Part shown: piece by piece, positions 38,853 through 52,300 of the stretch
Layout: every line of letters starts with the position of its first letter
Numbering within the stretch: the stretch's first letter is position 1
Origin: Mobula hypostoma
Lineage: Eukaryota
Reading direction: 5' to 3'
Length of the DNA stretch: 64,000 nucleotides
NCBI RefSeq assembly: GCF_963921235.1
Contig: NC_086097.1
Coordinates: 123,072,001 to 123,136,000 of the forward strand
Made by a program: the position numbers and the translations under genes
Notes under the pieces: generated by a model
What the model saw: only the letters and a program-made list of their open reading frames with translations
Told to the model about the DNA's origin: nothing
Database searches by the model: none

Positions 38853-39862
38853 GATCCTTCTAAACTTCTCCTATCCATCTTCCTGTCCAAATAAATGTCT
38901 TTTAAATGTTGTTACTGTTTCTGTCTCACTTCCTGTCTTTCCTGATTCTTATAACTTTCTGATTGCACATTTCATTTTATCATTGCTTTCTTTCCCACCT
39001 CATCTACTAAAGTTCAGAGCTACATTTGGGTTTGAAGTTGGTTTAGACACACTGCATTCCTTGCCATATGGCGAAAGTATGTGCTGTGCATACAGATGTT
39101 GGAAAAGACTACGAAAAGTATTCTTTGTCCCTTATACTTGATGAAGCAAGTAATAAATACAACTTTATCTAATTTAATACAAACTCTTCAAAAAATTGTA
39201 ATTTTTTAAAGTTAAACACAGGAAACAGTTGGTACCTAAGCACCCAGGGATGAAAGTTAGTCCTTAGACCTCATCATCATCAACCAGGCCATTTTTATTA
39301 ATTCCCGTGAACTGGGCATCACTGTTATGTTCAGCATACATGGTCCATTCTTGACTGCCCTGGAGAAAATAGTGATAAACTATTTTTATTTAGAGATACA
39401 GTACAGTAACAGGCCCACACCATCCAATTACACCCATGTGACAATTAACCTACCAACCCATGCATCTTTGGAATATGGAAGGAAAGCGGAGCACCTGGAG
39501 GAAACCTAACAGTTACAGGGAGAATGTACAAACTCCTTACAGAAGTGGGGGGGGGGGGGATTGAACCTGGGTCGCTGGCACTGTAATAGCATATGCCAAC
39601 TGTTACACTACCATGCCGACCCAGCTTCTTATCTTCTTGAATCACCTAGACCACATGGCTAAGTCCTTCCCAGTGTTGACAGATAGGATTTTAACTCAGT
39701 GACAATGGCAGATATTTTGAAATTGGGGAAGCTTGGTGGTGGTGTCGCTATGGGTCTGTTGCCCTTTTCATTCTCAGCAACAATGTTGCATTTTTGTTGA
39801 TTTTTCTTCTCTGCCATGGAAGCAAGTTGTGGACACGGTGGAAGGTGTGAATATTAAAGCGT

Positions 39863-40332
39863 TCCTAATAAAGTAGCCACTGAGTGTGTGTTCGTGGTCT
39901 TCTGCTGGTCTAGACCATCCACTTCAAGGCTCGACGTGTTATACCTTCAGAGATGCTCTTCTACACCCCACTGTTGTACTGTGTGGTTATCTGAGTTAAT
40001 GTCCCATTTCTGTCAGCTTGAACCAGTCTGGCCATTCTTCTCTGACCTCTCTCATTAACATAGCTTTTTCATCTACAGAACTACCACTTCCTGAATGATT
40101 TTGTTTTCCACACCATTCTCTATAAAGAATGTTGTGCATGAAAACCCCAGGAGAATACTCAAACCACCCCATCTGGCACCAACTATCAATCATTCCAATG
40201 TCAAAATCACTTAGTTCACATTTCTTCCTCATCCAGCTGTTCGGTTGAGTTGCTGCTACATGATTGGGGGGATTAGATATTTGCATTAACGAGCAGGTGT
40301 AGAGGTGCATCTAAAAAACTGGCCACTGAGTG
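39863..40332 (-). mobile_element. Tc1-derivative MITE
   Basis: CCTAATAAAGTAGCCACTGAGTG ... GGCCACTGAGTG-TA termini; transposase N-terminal remnants. Confidence 0.75.
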
Positions 40333-41959
40333 TAGTATAATAGCTGTGACTGGCATGTACAAATTACCCAATTATGGAATTTTAATTAAAAAATGGAAGC
40401 ATTTATCTGCTTCCATGATCCAGATCCAAGCAACATCCTATAGAATACCAAATACTTATGCAATACTTGTATAATGTATGCTCAATAATGTGTTATATTG
40501 ACATGTGCACATATATCTATATAATTTACATGCATAAGCATTTTATTTCTGCAAGCACTTTTTTCCTTGGGTCTTAACTGAAAGGCAGGAAAAAATGTTT
40601 AATGTCTATTTTCTCCCCTCCACATGACATATCACAAGAGTAAGGGCATTAATTAAATTGAGAGCGTAAATGATTTTGTAAATGTTTGTACTTGGGATGA
40701 TAAATCAAACTTCTATTAGTACAGCGGGACATCACCTAGGTGCAGGAGATTAACTGTGAAATGTGTACACACAGTGAGATCAGCTATAATAAAGCTATTG
40801 GAGATGAAAGCATCACAAAGACAACCACTGAGTTACAGACAAAGTGAAGAAGTTTTGCATGGCAGCAGGGACGAATTTATGTAGGCAGAGGAAACCAGTC
40901 ATGTTGTGTAAAGTGCAATGTTCAGGTGCAGACTCAGATTTAGGTTTACTTAACACTTGCAGAATGGAATCATACAAAGAAATGTGTCATTTGTTTTCAC
41001 AACCAACACCCAAAGATGTGCTGGGGGCAGCCCGCAAGTGTCCAGAGCTGACAAAGCATGCCCACCATGCTTAGCAGGACAACACAGAACACAACAAAAC
41101 AGAACTTTGCAAGCAACAAAGCACCAACAGTGACACAGGCCCCATTCCTCCGTCCCTCCCTCTCACCAGCCCACAGACACGCCAGTCCTGTAACTCCAGG
41201 GCAGGCAGTCCTTTTCACCCTTCAGCAGACTCGTGGTTTCACAGACACTAGGCCCCGACTTCCCCAGTGGTCTCACAGAAATTTGCAGACTCTGGCTCTG
41301 GCCACCGGGCCTCAACTTCTGGACCTCCGATCGCCCTTCAGACTTCGATCTTCGGTATTGACCCATGACATGCAGATGATGGCCAATGAGGACTCTGGCT
41401 GAGTGTCCGAATGCCAGGCCTCGAACCCTGGATTTGCCGATGACGGGACACCAAAAACTAGGCTTCGAACTCCATTCTCGTTAATAGGGGCGGGGTAAGT
41501 AGAATGTGAGGTTACTGTGTTTGATCTATCGTTTGGGGAGAAAACTGATGGTTGAGTTCCTACAGTGAATATCTCCTGAATATCACTGATTCAAAGATTC
41601 AATCCATCAATCTTGTAAGTGCTCCTCGTCAGTTGAGGCCAGTTCATTGGCTATATTTGAGAGGGAGTTAGATATGGCCCTTGTGACTAAAGGGATCGGG
41701 GGTATGGAGAGAAAGCAGGTACAGGGTTCTGAGTTGGATGATCAGCCATGATCATACTGAACGGCGGTGCAGGCTCGAAGGGCCGAATGGCCTACTCTTG
41801 CACCTATTTTCTATGTTTCTATGTCCTCCCTTGACCATACCTTCGAGTTCCTCACCACTGGTGCTGTGGTTTACGGTCTCTGCCTATATGCTGGGACTAT
41901 TTGCCTGGTAATCAGACTTGCCAAAGAATGGGCGTGTGACAGCGCAGTAAGCATTCTTG

Positions 41960-42570
41960 ATGGAGGTGTCAGAGATCTCTTCAAGATGGCCAGGTTGAAA
42001 TCTTCCACAATGATTAGGAAGGCCTCAAGGTGTGCTGTCACCTAACTGCTTATCACGATGCTCTGCTCCTCCAGTGCCAGCTTGAACTTTGCCAGGACTG
42101 GAATGCACACCACTACCAACTCCCTCGGCAGATAAATGGACGATACTTGACCGCCAGATCTTCCTGGTCAGGTGAGCAAGGCTGAGACAGAACTGCCATG
42201 TCTGTGCACCACAATGATTAATCATGAAGCAAATGCCACTTTCGCTGCCTTTACCTATTGCCACTGTCAGGTCCGTGCAGAAGAAAGGGATGCCCTCGGG
42301 CTGAAATACGATATCCGGTGTTTTGGGAGTGAGCCACGTCTCTGTGAAGCAAAGCACACAGAAGTCCCTGATTTCCTTCTGGTACTGCAACATTATTCTG
42401 AGGTCTTCAACTTTATTGTCCAGAAACTGTACGTTAGGCAGGAGGATGGTAGGGATCTCAGGCCTCAAGGTCCTCTGTGTCAGTTTTGCCTGTAGCCCAA
42501 CGGCAGTGTTTTGTTTAAGTGAAACTGCACTTGCGATCTGAATGGTCTGCAGTCCAGCGCCTGCCAATTT
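41960..42570 (-). mobile_element. Rex-Babar LINE AP-endonuclease domain remnant
   Basis: ORF 42025-42567 PTILL.NVQ.LDNKVEDLR...CVLCFTETWL. Confidence 0.8.
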
Positions 42571-42924
42571 TCAAGATTGATAGATATTTTAAAATGTCTT
42601 CAAACAATGTTGCTTACTGAAGTTCCTATGAATGAGACTCTTGATTTCAGCTATAGTAGTCCTGAAGGGAATAGCAGATTTCCAGCTTCGGAGCTGCATG
42701 CGAAGATTTGCCACTCTCCAGTGGCATTTTGCGTGGATAATAACTTGACAGACTATTTTATTGGCATTGAACTATATCGTGTGATGCTGAGGCACAGCTG
42801 AAATGGTTAGAGATAAGTCAGTCAATATCAGCTCAGACAACAATAATTCCTATCAGCTGGAGGCAAAATTAGCTTCCTGTTCTTGCCAGTTTTCTGGAAA
42901 AATCCTGAATAATATGTACACATG

Positions 42925-43718
42925 GTACACACAAAATATTGGTGGAACTCAGCAGGTCATAAGACCATAAGACAGGAGCAAAATTAGGCCATTCAAACCA
43001 TTGAGTCTGGTCATGGCTGATGTATTATTCCTATCAACCCCATTCTCCTGCTTTCTTCTTGTAAACTTTGACACCCTATATATCAACCTTGGGTTTAAGT
43101 ATACCTAATGAATTGATCTCCACAGCCATCTGTGGCAATGAAATGTATAGATTCACCACCCTCTGGCTAAAAAAATTCCTCCACATCTCTGTTCTAAAGG
43201 GTCATCCTTGTATTCTGAGACTGTGCCCTCCGGTCCTAGACTCCCCCACTTCTGGAAACATCTTCTCCATGTCCACCCTGTCTAGGCCCTTCAATATTTA
43301 GTAGATTTCAATGAGAATCCTCCTCATTCTTCTAAACTCCAGCAAGTACAGGGTCGGAGCTATCAAATGCTCCTCTATGGAAGGAAATAAACAGTTGACA
43401 TTTTGGGTCGACATCCTTCATCAGGGCTATTATTAAAACCGGCAGGAACAGGAAGCTAACTAATTTTGTATTCAGCTGATGGGAATTATTGCAGACTGAG
43501 CTGATATTAACTGACTTATCTCCAAACATTGTAACTTTGCCTCAGCATCACACTACATAGTTCAATCTCTATAAGCTAGATTGTCCAGTTATTAAGGGTC
43601 TCGGCCCAAGATGCCGAGTGTTTATTTCCCTCCGTAGATGCTGTCTGACCTGCTGAATTCCTCCAGTGTCTTATGTATGTTGCATTGGATTTCCAGCATC
43701 TGCAGAATCCCGCGTTTG
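42925..43718. mobile_element. Palindromic Penelope-terminus element with TSD, nested CR1 (42958-43372) and captured inverted flank (43435-43593)
   Basis: TSD TAATATGTACA(C/A)ATG at 42910-42924 and 43719-43733. Confidence 0.8.
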
Positions 43719-44613
43719 TAATATGTACAAATGTATTCAGCAAACTTCAACCATCAGACTCCTGACCACCGTGGGTAACTTCACTCACCTCAACTCTGAA
43801 CTGATTCCACAACTTATGGGCTCACTTTAAGGACTCTCCAGCTCATGTTCTCAGAATTTATGTATGTATATATGAATTCACTTTATTTACTATTATTTGC
43901 TTTTTTGTATTTGCTCAGTATGTCTTCTTTTGCATATGTGTGTGTAGTTTTTCATTGATTCTGTTGTAGTTCTTTGTTCCACTGCGAATGACTGACACTT
44001 GACCACCAGGTGTTCCAGGTCGGGGGAAGGACCGAGTCAGAACCAACTTGAAGCAAATGCGGCTGCCTTCGCCTTTACCTGACACCGCTGTCTGGTCCAT
44101 GTGGTGGAAGGTGAAGCCCCAGGGCTTCTCCTGCAAGATGCGAGCAAGAAGATCACCTGCCCGCACAGTTGCCCGACCAGGATTTCTTCCCCACTAAGTA
44201 CTTCTGTTCAGCTGCCACTGAATCAAACCATCAAAAGAGGCTCTTTGACCCATTAGGTCTGCTGTCACTAATCCCAAAGTGGGTTTTCAGCTTTATGTGT
44301 TTGTAGGATTCCTCTCCCACCTCACTCACTAGGAGTGATTTTAAGGCTGCCATGCAGATGTTGACAAAATTCCCTAAAGTCAAAATCAAAGTAAATTTAT
44401 CATCAAAGTCACCATATACTACCTTGAGATTCAGTTTTTGTGGACAATTGAAGGGAAATAAAGAAGTACAACAGTATTTATGAAAACCATACATAAACAA
44501 AGACTGACAAACATCCAATGTGCAAAAGAAAGACTGTCAAATCAATGTGGTGGTGATGAACAAGGTCGTCTAGAATACAGGTGTTGATATTTCCTCCATT
44601 TCAATCCCTATAT

Positions 44614-45080
44614 ACACTTAGTGGCCATGTTATTAGGTATACCTCTTTAATGCAAGTATTTTATCAGCCACTCATGTGGCAGCAACTCAATGCATGCAGA
44701 TATGGTCAAGAGGTTCAGTTGTTGTTCAGACCAAACATCAGAATGGGGAGAAAATGTGAGTTACATGACTTTGACCATGGGATGATTGTTGGAGCCAGAT
44801 GGGGTGGTTTGAGTATCTCAGAAACTGCTGATCTCCTAAACATTTGCTAAAGTTTACAGAGAATGATGCAAAAAAACAAACAAAACAATCTAATGAGCAG
44901 CAGTTCTATGGATAAAAGCACCTTGTTAGTGAGAAGTCACGGGAGAATGGTCAGACTGATTCAAGCTGACAGGATGGTGACAGCAACTCAAATAACCTTG
45001 CATTACGATAGTGGTGTGTAGAAGAGCATCTCTGAACACACATGCTGAACCTTGAAGTGGATGGGCTACAGCAGCAGAAG
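44614..45080 (+). mobile_element. Tc1-derivative MITE (right end missing)
   Basis: TA-CACTTAGTGGCC..TTATTAGGTA; MGRKCELHDFDHGMIVGARWGGLSISETADLL. Confidence 0.8.
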
Positions 45081-45179
45081 ATAACTCGTGTTCTCAGTCA
45101 CACACATGAGAAAATCTGCAGATGCAGGAACTCCAAGCAAAACACACAAAATGCTGGAGGTACTAACAGGCCAGGCAAT

Positions 45180-45373
45180 AGAAGAGAAGAGAAGAATAGC
45201 CCTTAACTCGGCAGTGGAGTTATCGGGACACCGTCATGACGGAGTTTCCGTAGCAAGCTATTCTTGTTTTTACGAGGCCGAGTTGCTAGCTCGACACTCA
45301 GCCTGACTTGGATTCGAACTCGGGAACCTTTACTCCGGAGTCTGGTGCTGATATTATTGCGCCACCAAACGGG
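45180..45373 (-). mobile_element. tRNA-derived SINE inserted in a Penelope terminus
   Basis: 12-bp TSD AGGCCAGGCAAT (45168-45179, 45374-45385); minus-strand A box TGGCGCAATAA and B box GTTCGAATCC; (TCTTC)n tail. Confidence 0.85.
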
Positions 45374-46336
45374 AGGCCAGGCAATGGAAATGAATAAACA
45401 GTCGACACTTTGAGCCGAGAATCTTCACCATGTTCTCAATGTTATTTATTTCTTCTTTTAAATTATTTGCACAATTTATCTTCTTTTGTACAGTGGTTGT
45501 TAGTCAGTCTTTGTTATGTATAGATCTTCATAAATTCAATTGTCTTTCTTTATTTTCCTCTAAATACCTGCAAAAAATGATTCTCAATGTAGTATATTGT
45601 GACATAGGTACTTTGATAAGAAATTTACTTTGAACTTTCAGTCATTGTGTTTCTCAATAATAAATTATTGACAATCAGTTGCAAAGTAGAATGAGTATGT
45701 TGCTATTATTAATCTAATTTTACTACAAGTCGATTGCTCTACTTATACATGTTAACACCTTTCATAAAACCGACTATTGTCAAGAAATTGTTATGATGAA
45801 GAACCTTGGGTCGGGAATGTTACCTGCTTGCCTTTCCACGGATGCACCTTGACCTTCTGAGTGCTTCCTCATTTTCCATTTTTAATTGTGATTTTCAGTA
45901 TCTACGCTCTTTTTAATTTTCTCCTGACTGACAGGCACTTCAATTTCTGCTTATAAAAAGTAAAATGTATAGAAGTTGTGAAGTAATCGTAAGGATTTTA
46001 ATCTCAGCTAAAAATATGGATGATGGTTATAAACTCTGGCAGGTGAGATCATCAGAGCCCCTCACTGTGATTATTCCTCTTTAATCACTCACAGCTGTCA
46101 GTTAAATAATTTCATGAAGTAAAATATTTACTCTGTTTAACATATCTTTGCTCCCTGAAGAAATGCATATCATCATAGAGTCAGCATCCTTATAGCAGCA
46201 TCATCCTTGAGGGACGGATGGTGATGAGTTGGGTGCCAGACTGATCATTCCCAACGTACCATGAGAAACAGGAGTGAGCCAGCAGACAGACTACACCTGC
46301 CTTGTGTAGAAGACTTCTTTATGCTGAAGAGTTTAT

Positions 46337-46522
46337 GCTGGCCAGTGGCGTAGTAGCATCAGCACTGGACTTTGAGGCGAATGGTCCAGGTTCAAATCCA
46401 CTTTCCATCCGTCCTCGGTTGAGCACTGAGCTAGCAACTCGGCCTCGGTGAAAAACAGACCAATGCTAAATAAATGGCCAGGTTGCCACCTGATGTACCA
46501 CAAACCGCAGAAAGGAACAAAC
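46337..46522 (+). mobile_element. tRNA-derived SINE related to 45180-45373
   Basis: TGGCGTAGTAG, GGTTCAAATCC, shared GAGCTAGCAACTCGGCCTCG block. Confidence 0.75.
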
Positions 46523-48182
46523 AATGCTGAGAGGTTGATAGTGAACCAGCCTTACAGTGCTCTTACTCGCAAATGTAGAATGAACCATAAAAAGACATTG
46601 TAGCCACATGGAAAATCACCACAATTTTGTCCTACTTGGGCAACATTCACAGATTATGAACAATTGCATCATAGGTACTATCATGATACATTTCTAAGTG
46701 TACAGGAACACCACCTTTTTCACTCTATAATTTACAAGTGAAGGGATCACCCCAACCAGTCACAGTTAATTTCTAAACCAATTATGAGTGATCTTAAAAT
46801 ACAGAACTGCTTATTTAAGTCACTGACATCAGACAAGTGGAACTCGCAAAAATACAGTAACTGCATGTTGGTTCAGATTATAATTTATTAGGAGCATCAG
46901 TCTTAAAGTAAGATAAATACTCACAGAAATGAATACTCCCGGAACCTGTTGACAGAAGTTAATGTCTAATTTTGCCTCACGCAGAACTCCCACAAGGGTA
47001 TTGGTAATGCATTGATGTTAGAGTAACCTTATTCAACTGAGAAGTCATTTAGGACAAATTCTGTCTTTTGTTATGGAAGTTAGCCATGTGAAAAATATAC
47101 AATGTGTCATGAAGTAACAAAAAAAAAACATAAAGCTAGATCATCATGTAACAATCCACGCTAAAAGCATAAATTTCAGGGTTGCATGGAGTTGGGGCTG
47201 GTGTAGTCTTTGCAGAACTTACAGTTAAGTAGGGGGCAGACCACCTTGGTGGCATATCCAAGTTCAAGTTTAACTGTCATCACGGTCAGAGTCATACAGC
47301 ATGGCCCAGCGGGTCCTTGCTCGTGCCCACCTGTCCAGTCCCCATTCCTAAGCACCTGCCCTCTTTCTACCTGTCCAAGTGCTCTTTGAATTATACTATT
47401 GCATCCTGTCTCATCTTCCTGTAGCAGCTCATTTTGTATACTCACCACGCCTCACGTGAACAAGTTTTCCCTCAAGCCTCTTTTTAATCTTCATCTAATG
47501 CATAAAAGGATTACTGAATAATGGTACGCCTTAATCCTTTTTGTAGAGTGAGCAGGATTAACAATGAAAAAAAATCACATCAATTTTGCCAAGATTATTC
47601 TGCTTTGATCATTTACTTTCCTATATGATTCAAATTTGCATTTGTTTTTTGAATTTTGAGTCATTTTGAATTTTAATTGTCATTCAACCATACACATGTA
47701 TACAGCTAAATGAAACAGTGGTCCTCTGGGTGCAAAACACAGTAAATACAGTCACACACAGCACACAGTGCACATAGTTATGATAGCACATACAGACACG
47801 AAATGACATTAGCACAAGACCCTGAGTGGCATGGCCTGGAGATTAATGATGAATGGGGTATTGTCCTGGAGCCATGTTTCTGCACGAACAAGCATGCAGA
47901 AGTTCCTCATCTCCTGGTGGGTCATCTGCAGACAAAGGCAATCTAGTTTGTCCTTCGGGCGTGAACTCAATGTGTTACATTTACCACCTAGGGCCTTGTC
48001 TGTTATTCCAGTGAGTTACAAAGACAAGATTGTCATCCAGAACTACTGGACCAACAACTTCATAACAGTTTGGGCTGGCAAGGGTGTTGACAGTGCGGAG
48101 AGTATGCAAGTACAGACCACAGGAATACAATGTGCATTTCTGATCCTTCTAGCTTTGTGACTTAGAAAAAACATACAATCTT

Positions 48183-49365
48183 ACACACACAAAAAGCTAG
48201 AGGAACTCAGCAGGTCAGGCAGTATATATGGAGGGAAATAAACAGATGACTTTTTGGGCCAAGACTCCTCATCAGGACTGGAAAAGAAGGCGGGGGGGGA
48301 TAAACTGGAGTGAGAAGGTAGGGGAAGGGGAAGGAGTACAAGCTGGCCAGTGGATAGGTAAAGCCGAGTGGGTGGAGGAGGGAGGATGAAGTGAGAAGCT
48401 GGGAGATGATACTGCAGGTGAAAGAGGTAAAGTGCTGAAAAAGAAGGGATCTGATAGGAGTGTGGACCATGGGAGAAAGAGAAGGCAGAGGGAGGTGATG
48501 AGCAGGTGAGGAAAAGAAAAGGAGTAAGAGGAGAGCCAGAGTTGGTAATAGAAAAAAAGAGGAGGAGGAAAGAGGATAAATTACCAAAAACTAGAGGGAG
48601 GAGAAGATGGCAGCGCGATGCAGCTCGCAGCGGCCTCTCCAGTGAATGATATCTGTTATCTGTCAAGTAGGGTGCTGTACACAATCCTGACTTGATGGAG
48701 ACAGACTTGAGGGCACGGAGGAACATCTGGTGAAACATCTGAAATGCCTGTTTCGCCGCCGCTGCTACTGTGTGATCCAGAATATCCGGAGGGGAAGGCC
48801 CCGAGTCCTCGGCTTTGCTTGTTGCTCGGCAGCCGGGGCAGGGTCAAAGCGCTCGGCAGAGATGGCGCTCAGTGTTTAGTGTCGGAGGCTCGAAGTTTTC
48901 AGACGGACTCGGAGTCAGCTGCGGTCAGGTGCTTCCAATGCATCGGCAAGTTTGCGGCGATTCCGTCTGCGTGAGATGACGGGGCTATCGGGATTTGAGA
49001 CTTTTTTTACCGTGCCCGTGGTCTGCTCGTTATCAGATTACGGTATTGCTTTGCACTGTTGTAACTATATGTTATAATTATGTGGTTTTGTCAGTTTTTA
49101 GTCTTGGTTTGTTCTGTGTTTCTGTGATATCTTTCTGGAGGAACATTGTATCATTTTTTAATGTATGCATTTCTAAATGACAATAAATGAGGACTGAGTG
49201 TCCTCATAATCTAAAATCTAAATCTAATCTAAAAAATCAATGCTTATGCCGACCAGTTAGGGACTATACAGATGGAATATAAGGTGCTGCTACTCCAACC
49301 TGAGAGTGGCAGGAGAGGAGGCCATACATCAACATGTCAGAATGGGAATTAAAATGATTGGCCAA
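48183..49365 (-). mobile_element. Penelope-like 3' fragment split by a non-autonomous insert
   Basis: Terminus ACACACAC...CTCATCAGGACTG, purine-rich tail, resumes at ~49236. Confidence 0.8.
48597..49235 (+). mobile_element. GC-rich non-autonomous LINE-derived element with YY1-like 5' motif and (AATCT)n tail
   Basis: Begins GGAGGAGAAGATGGCAGCG; ends AATGACAATAAA...AATCTAAAATCTAAATCTAATCT; no tRNA boxes and no RT. Confidence 0.7.
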
Positions 49366-52300
49366 TATTTTGCGATCACTATCTCCCAATTTTGCTAATG
49401 TTTGCCTGTTGTATACTTCAAAAATTGCAGGTTAGGCTGCTGAAGAATCATAAGAGTTTTAGGGCACAGAGAATCAGCCAGCAATGATCACCCACCCCCC
49501 CCGCAACTCCATCCATCCCACAATCTCTTTGACCCCCCTCCCCCCACCATCAGATAGGAGGCACTGAAGCATTAGAACAAGGTCTGCTAGCCTTCCCCAG
49601 GCCGTGAAACAACTGGACTCCCTGCCACCGCCCAGGTCTCACCACGCATGAAGCACCAGTAGCGTTATTCTGTTTACTTTTTAACTTGAGTCGTAAATGC
49701 ACCTTATAATTTGTTAATTTATTTCTGGTAATATTACTTTACGTGTTATATGTGTGAGCTACATGTACTCTGTTGTGTATCTTGGTCCAGAGGAACGTTG
49801 CTTCGTTGAACAGAAAACATGTATACGGTTAAAATGGCAATAAACTGGGACTTGAGAAGGGCCCTTTGGTGGTAAGCGGAGTGATGCGGGGTCGGTGGCT
49901 TTCCGGCTGTGCAGCTCCTCGCACTAAAGTTAACGTAGTTGATTGAGCCCACCAGTTCTGCCTTGCTCCTTAACCTAATCTGCTTTGTCCGTGGACCTGT
50001 TTGACTTTCAAGAATCAAGATCCAAGTTTAAGATCAGTGCATAACGGTAAAGGAGAATGAAGTGATTCTTACTCTGGATCTGAAGCAGCTTAAAAATATA
50101 CAGTGAGCACAAAGAATGTGATAATAAAAAACACAATAAATATATATACATAGCTTATATACACAGACTGGCTGTATGTACAGTACATACTGTAGAGTGG
50201 TGCTCGGTACTCACACCTTCCCTACAAGGATATTTTTCCCTGCCACTTTAGATGCAACCCATCTTTCCTTTATCATTTGTGAAAATAATAGAGGTGAGTT
50301 CATTGATAAAACAGCTGAAAATGCTTAGGCCTTGAAAGTTGCCTGAGGAACTCCTGTAGTAATGTCTAGCTTACTGTCTCTTCACCCTTAAATGATTTTT
50401 TGTGTAATCAAAGTCCAAAGTAAACTTATTACCAAAGTACATATATGTCACCATTACTACCCTGAGATTCAATTTCTTGCAGGCATTCACATTAGAACAA
50501 TGAAATACAACCGATTTAATAAAAAACTGCAAACAAGGACTGACAAACAACCAATGTTTAAAAGACATAATACAGAGTCACCTGATCTGTAGAGAGGGTG
50601 ACTTGGACAGAAGATAATAAAGTAGTGGTGGGGTGAGTAAATGGGTGGGGTGTTGTAAACGGGTGGGGGTGTTGATCAGCCTGATGGCTTGGGAGAAGTA
50701 ACTGGCTTTGAGTCTGGTATTCCTGGCATGTATGCCATGTATTCTCATCCTTGACGGGAGTAGAGCAACCAGCCTATAAGCAGGATGGGTTGGATCTTTC
50801 ATGATGTTACTGGTCTTTTTCAGGCACTTTTCTGTATGCATGTCCTTGAATGCAAGTCGCCTCCACACCTGTTGCACTGCTTTCCCTGCAAGGATACTGA
50901 TTCCCTTCCACTTCAGACGCAGCCCGTCCTTCTACTGGTCCCACAGCGCCCAAAAGGCATTTCAATTACCTGAATGTCCTCCTTCCTGCGCCAGCTCTTC
51001 AGCCAATCATTCATCTATCCTATGCTTATATTTCTCCCTTCACGACCATGTGGCACAGGGGGTAATTCTGAGAGTGTGACCATAGAGATCCCACTTTGTA
51101 ACGTTCTGCCTAAACTCACTTAGTAGGAACTTGGCCCTCTTTATACCGATGGCATTAACACCAATGTGCATTGCATCCTCTGTCTGTTCTTCCTCCCCCT
51201 TCAGAACGTTCTCTACCTAAAGAGGTTTAAAGATTAAAGATTAGGTTTATTTGTCATATGTACATTGAAACCTGATAAACATAAGGTAACCGCCTGGTCA
51301 CGGGAAGAATGCACCAGCTCTTCTCAGGCAGCGGTGCGAACTCAACTTCCATTTAGAGACAGCGCTACAAAGCAATGAGCTATTCACTACTCCACCGTCC
51401 CTGATCTGAGATGTTCATGACCCTGTCACCAGGCAAGCAACATAGCATTCAGGAGTTTTAATCTTGGTTGCAGAAACACCCTCACTAATCTCTCACCACT
51501 ACTACATGCTGAGGTTTTTCCCTCCACTAATACGCATCGGACCCACAAACTGCAGTGTCACAAATTCGGCTGATTTTGTTGCTTTTTGTTCGGTTTACGA
51601 GGGAGTGACCTGAAGTTACTCCTCTACACTTCATGCTGCCCACACCCCTCCCTTCTGTCTATACCTGTGGTGCGACCAAACACCTATATGTAGCGGCTAT
51701 GGCATTTTCACAGCCCATCGAACCACAGCTCTACTGCTCTCTGCAGGAATGGCCCTGATCGCCCACATCCTGCAGCAAGAGAGTATACTACTGTACGAGC
51801 TTTTATATCCTAGTCCCCTTAGAGTCAGTCGTAGAACACTACAGGACAGAAATGGACCATTCAGCCCATCTAGCCCATGTTGAGCTATTAATCTGCTCAG
51901 TCCCATCGACCTGCACCAGGTCCATAGCCCTCCATACCCTTCCCATCCATGTACCTATCCAAATGTTCCTTAAATGTTGAAAACAAACACATATCCAACA
52001 TATCCACTGGCAGCTCGTTCCATACTCTCAGCGCCCTCTGTGAAGAAGAAGTTCCCCTTAAATATTTCACCTTTAATCCTTAACCCATGACCTCTAGTTC
52101 TAATGTCAGTGGAAAAAGCCTGCTTACACTTACCCTGTCTATACCCCTCAAAGCTGAGAAAGGCAAGGAAACAATTCCTCCGGACAGTACAGACAAAGGG
52201 CTCTGGCATGCTTTGGCTTTATATCAGAACACAGGTTCAGTGTTTCAAATGCCCTCACAGCACAGAGAACAAAGCCTTTAGCAAAACATTATACATACTT

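Noticed and set aside
39256..39360. Minus-strand acceptor plus ORF with DDDE-like end, considered as the CCDC102B last exon
   Set aside because: The acidic frame is incompatible with the phase-2 donor, and the sequence looks like an old LINE 3' end
48181..48738. 185-aa minus-strand ORF (similar ones at 8817-9191, 29411-29866, 33017-33373)
   Set aside because: Low-complexity Pro/Ser/Leu/Phe translation of the pyrimidine-rich Penelope tail across TE junctions
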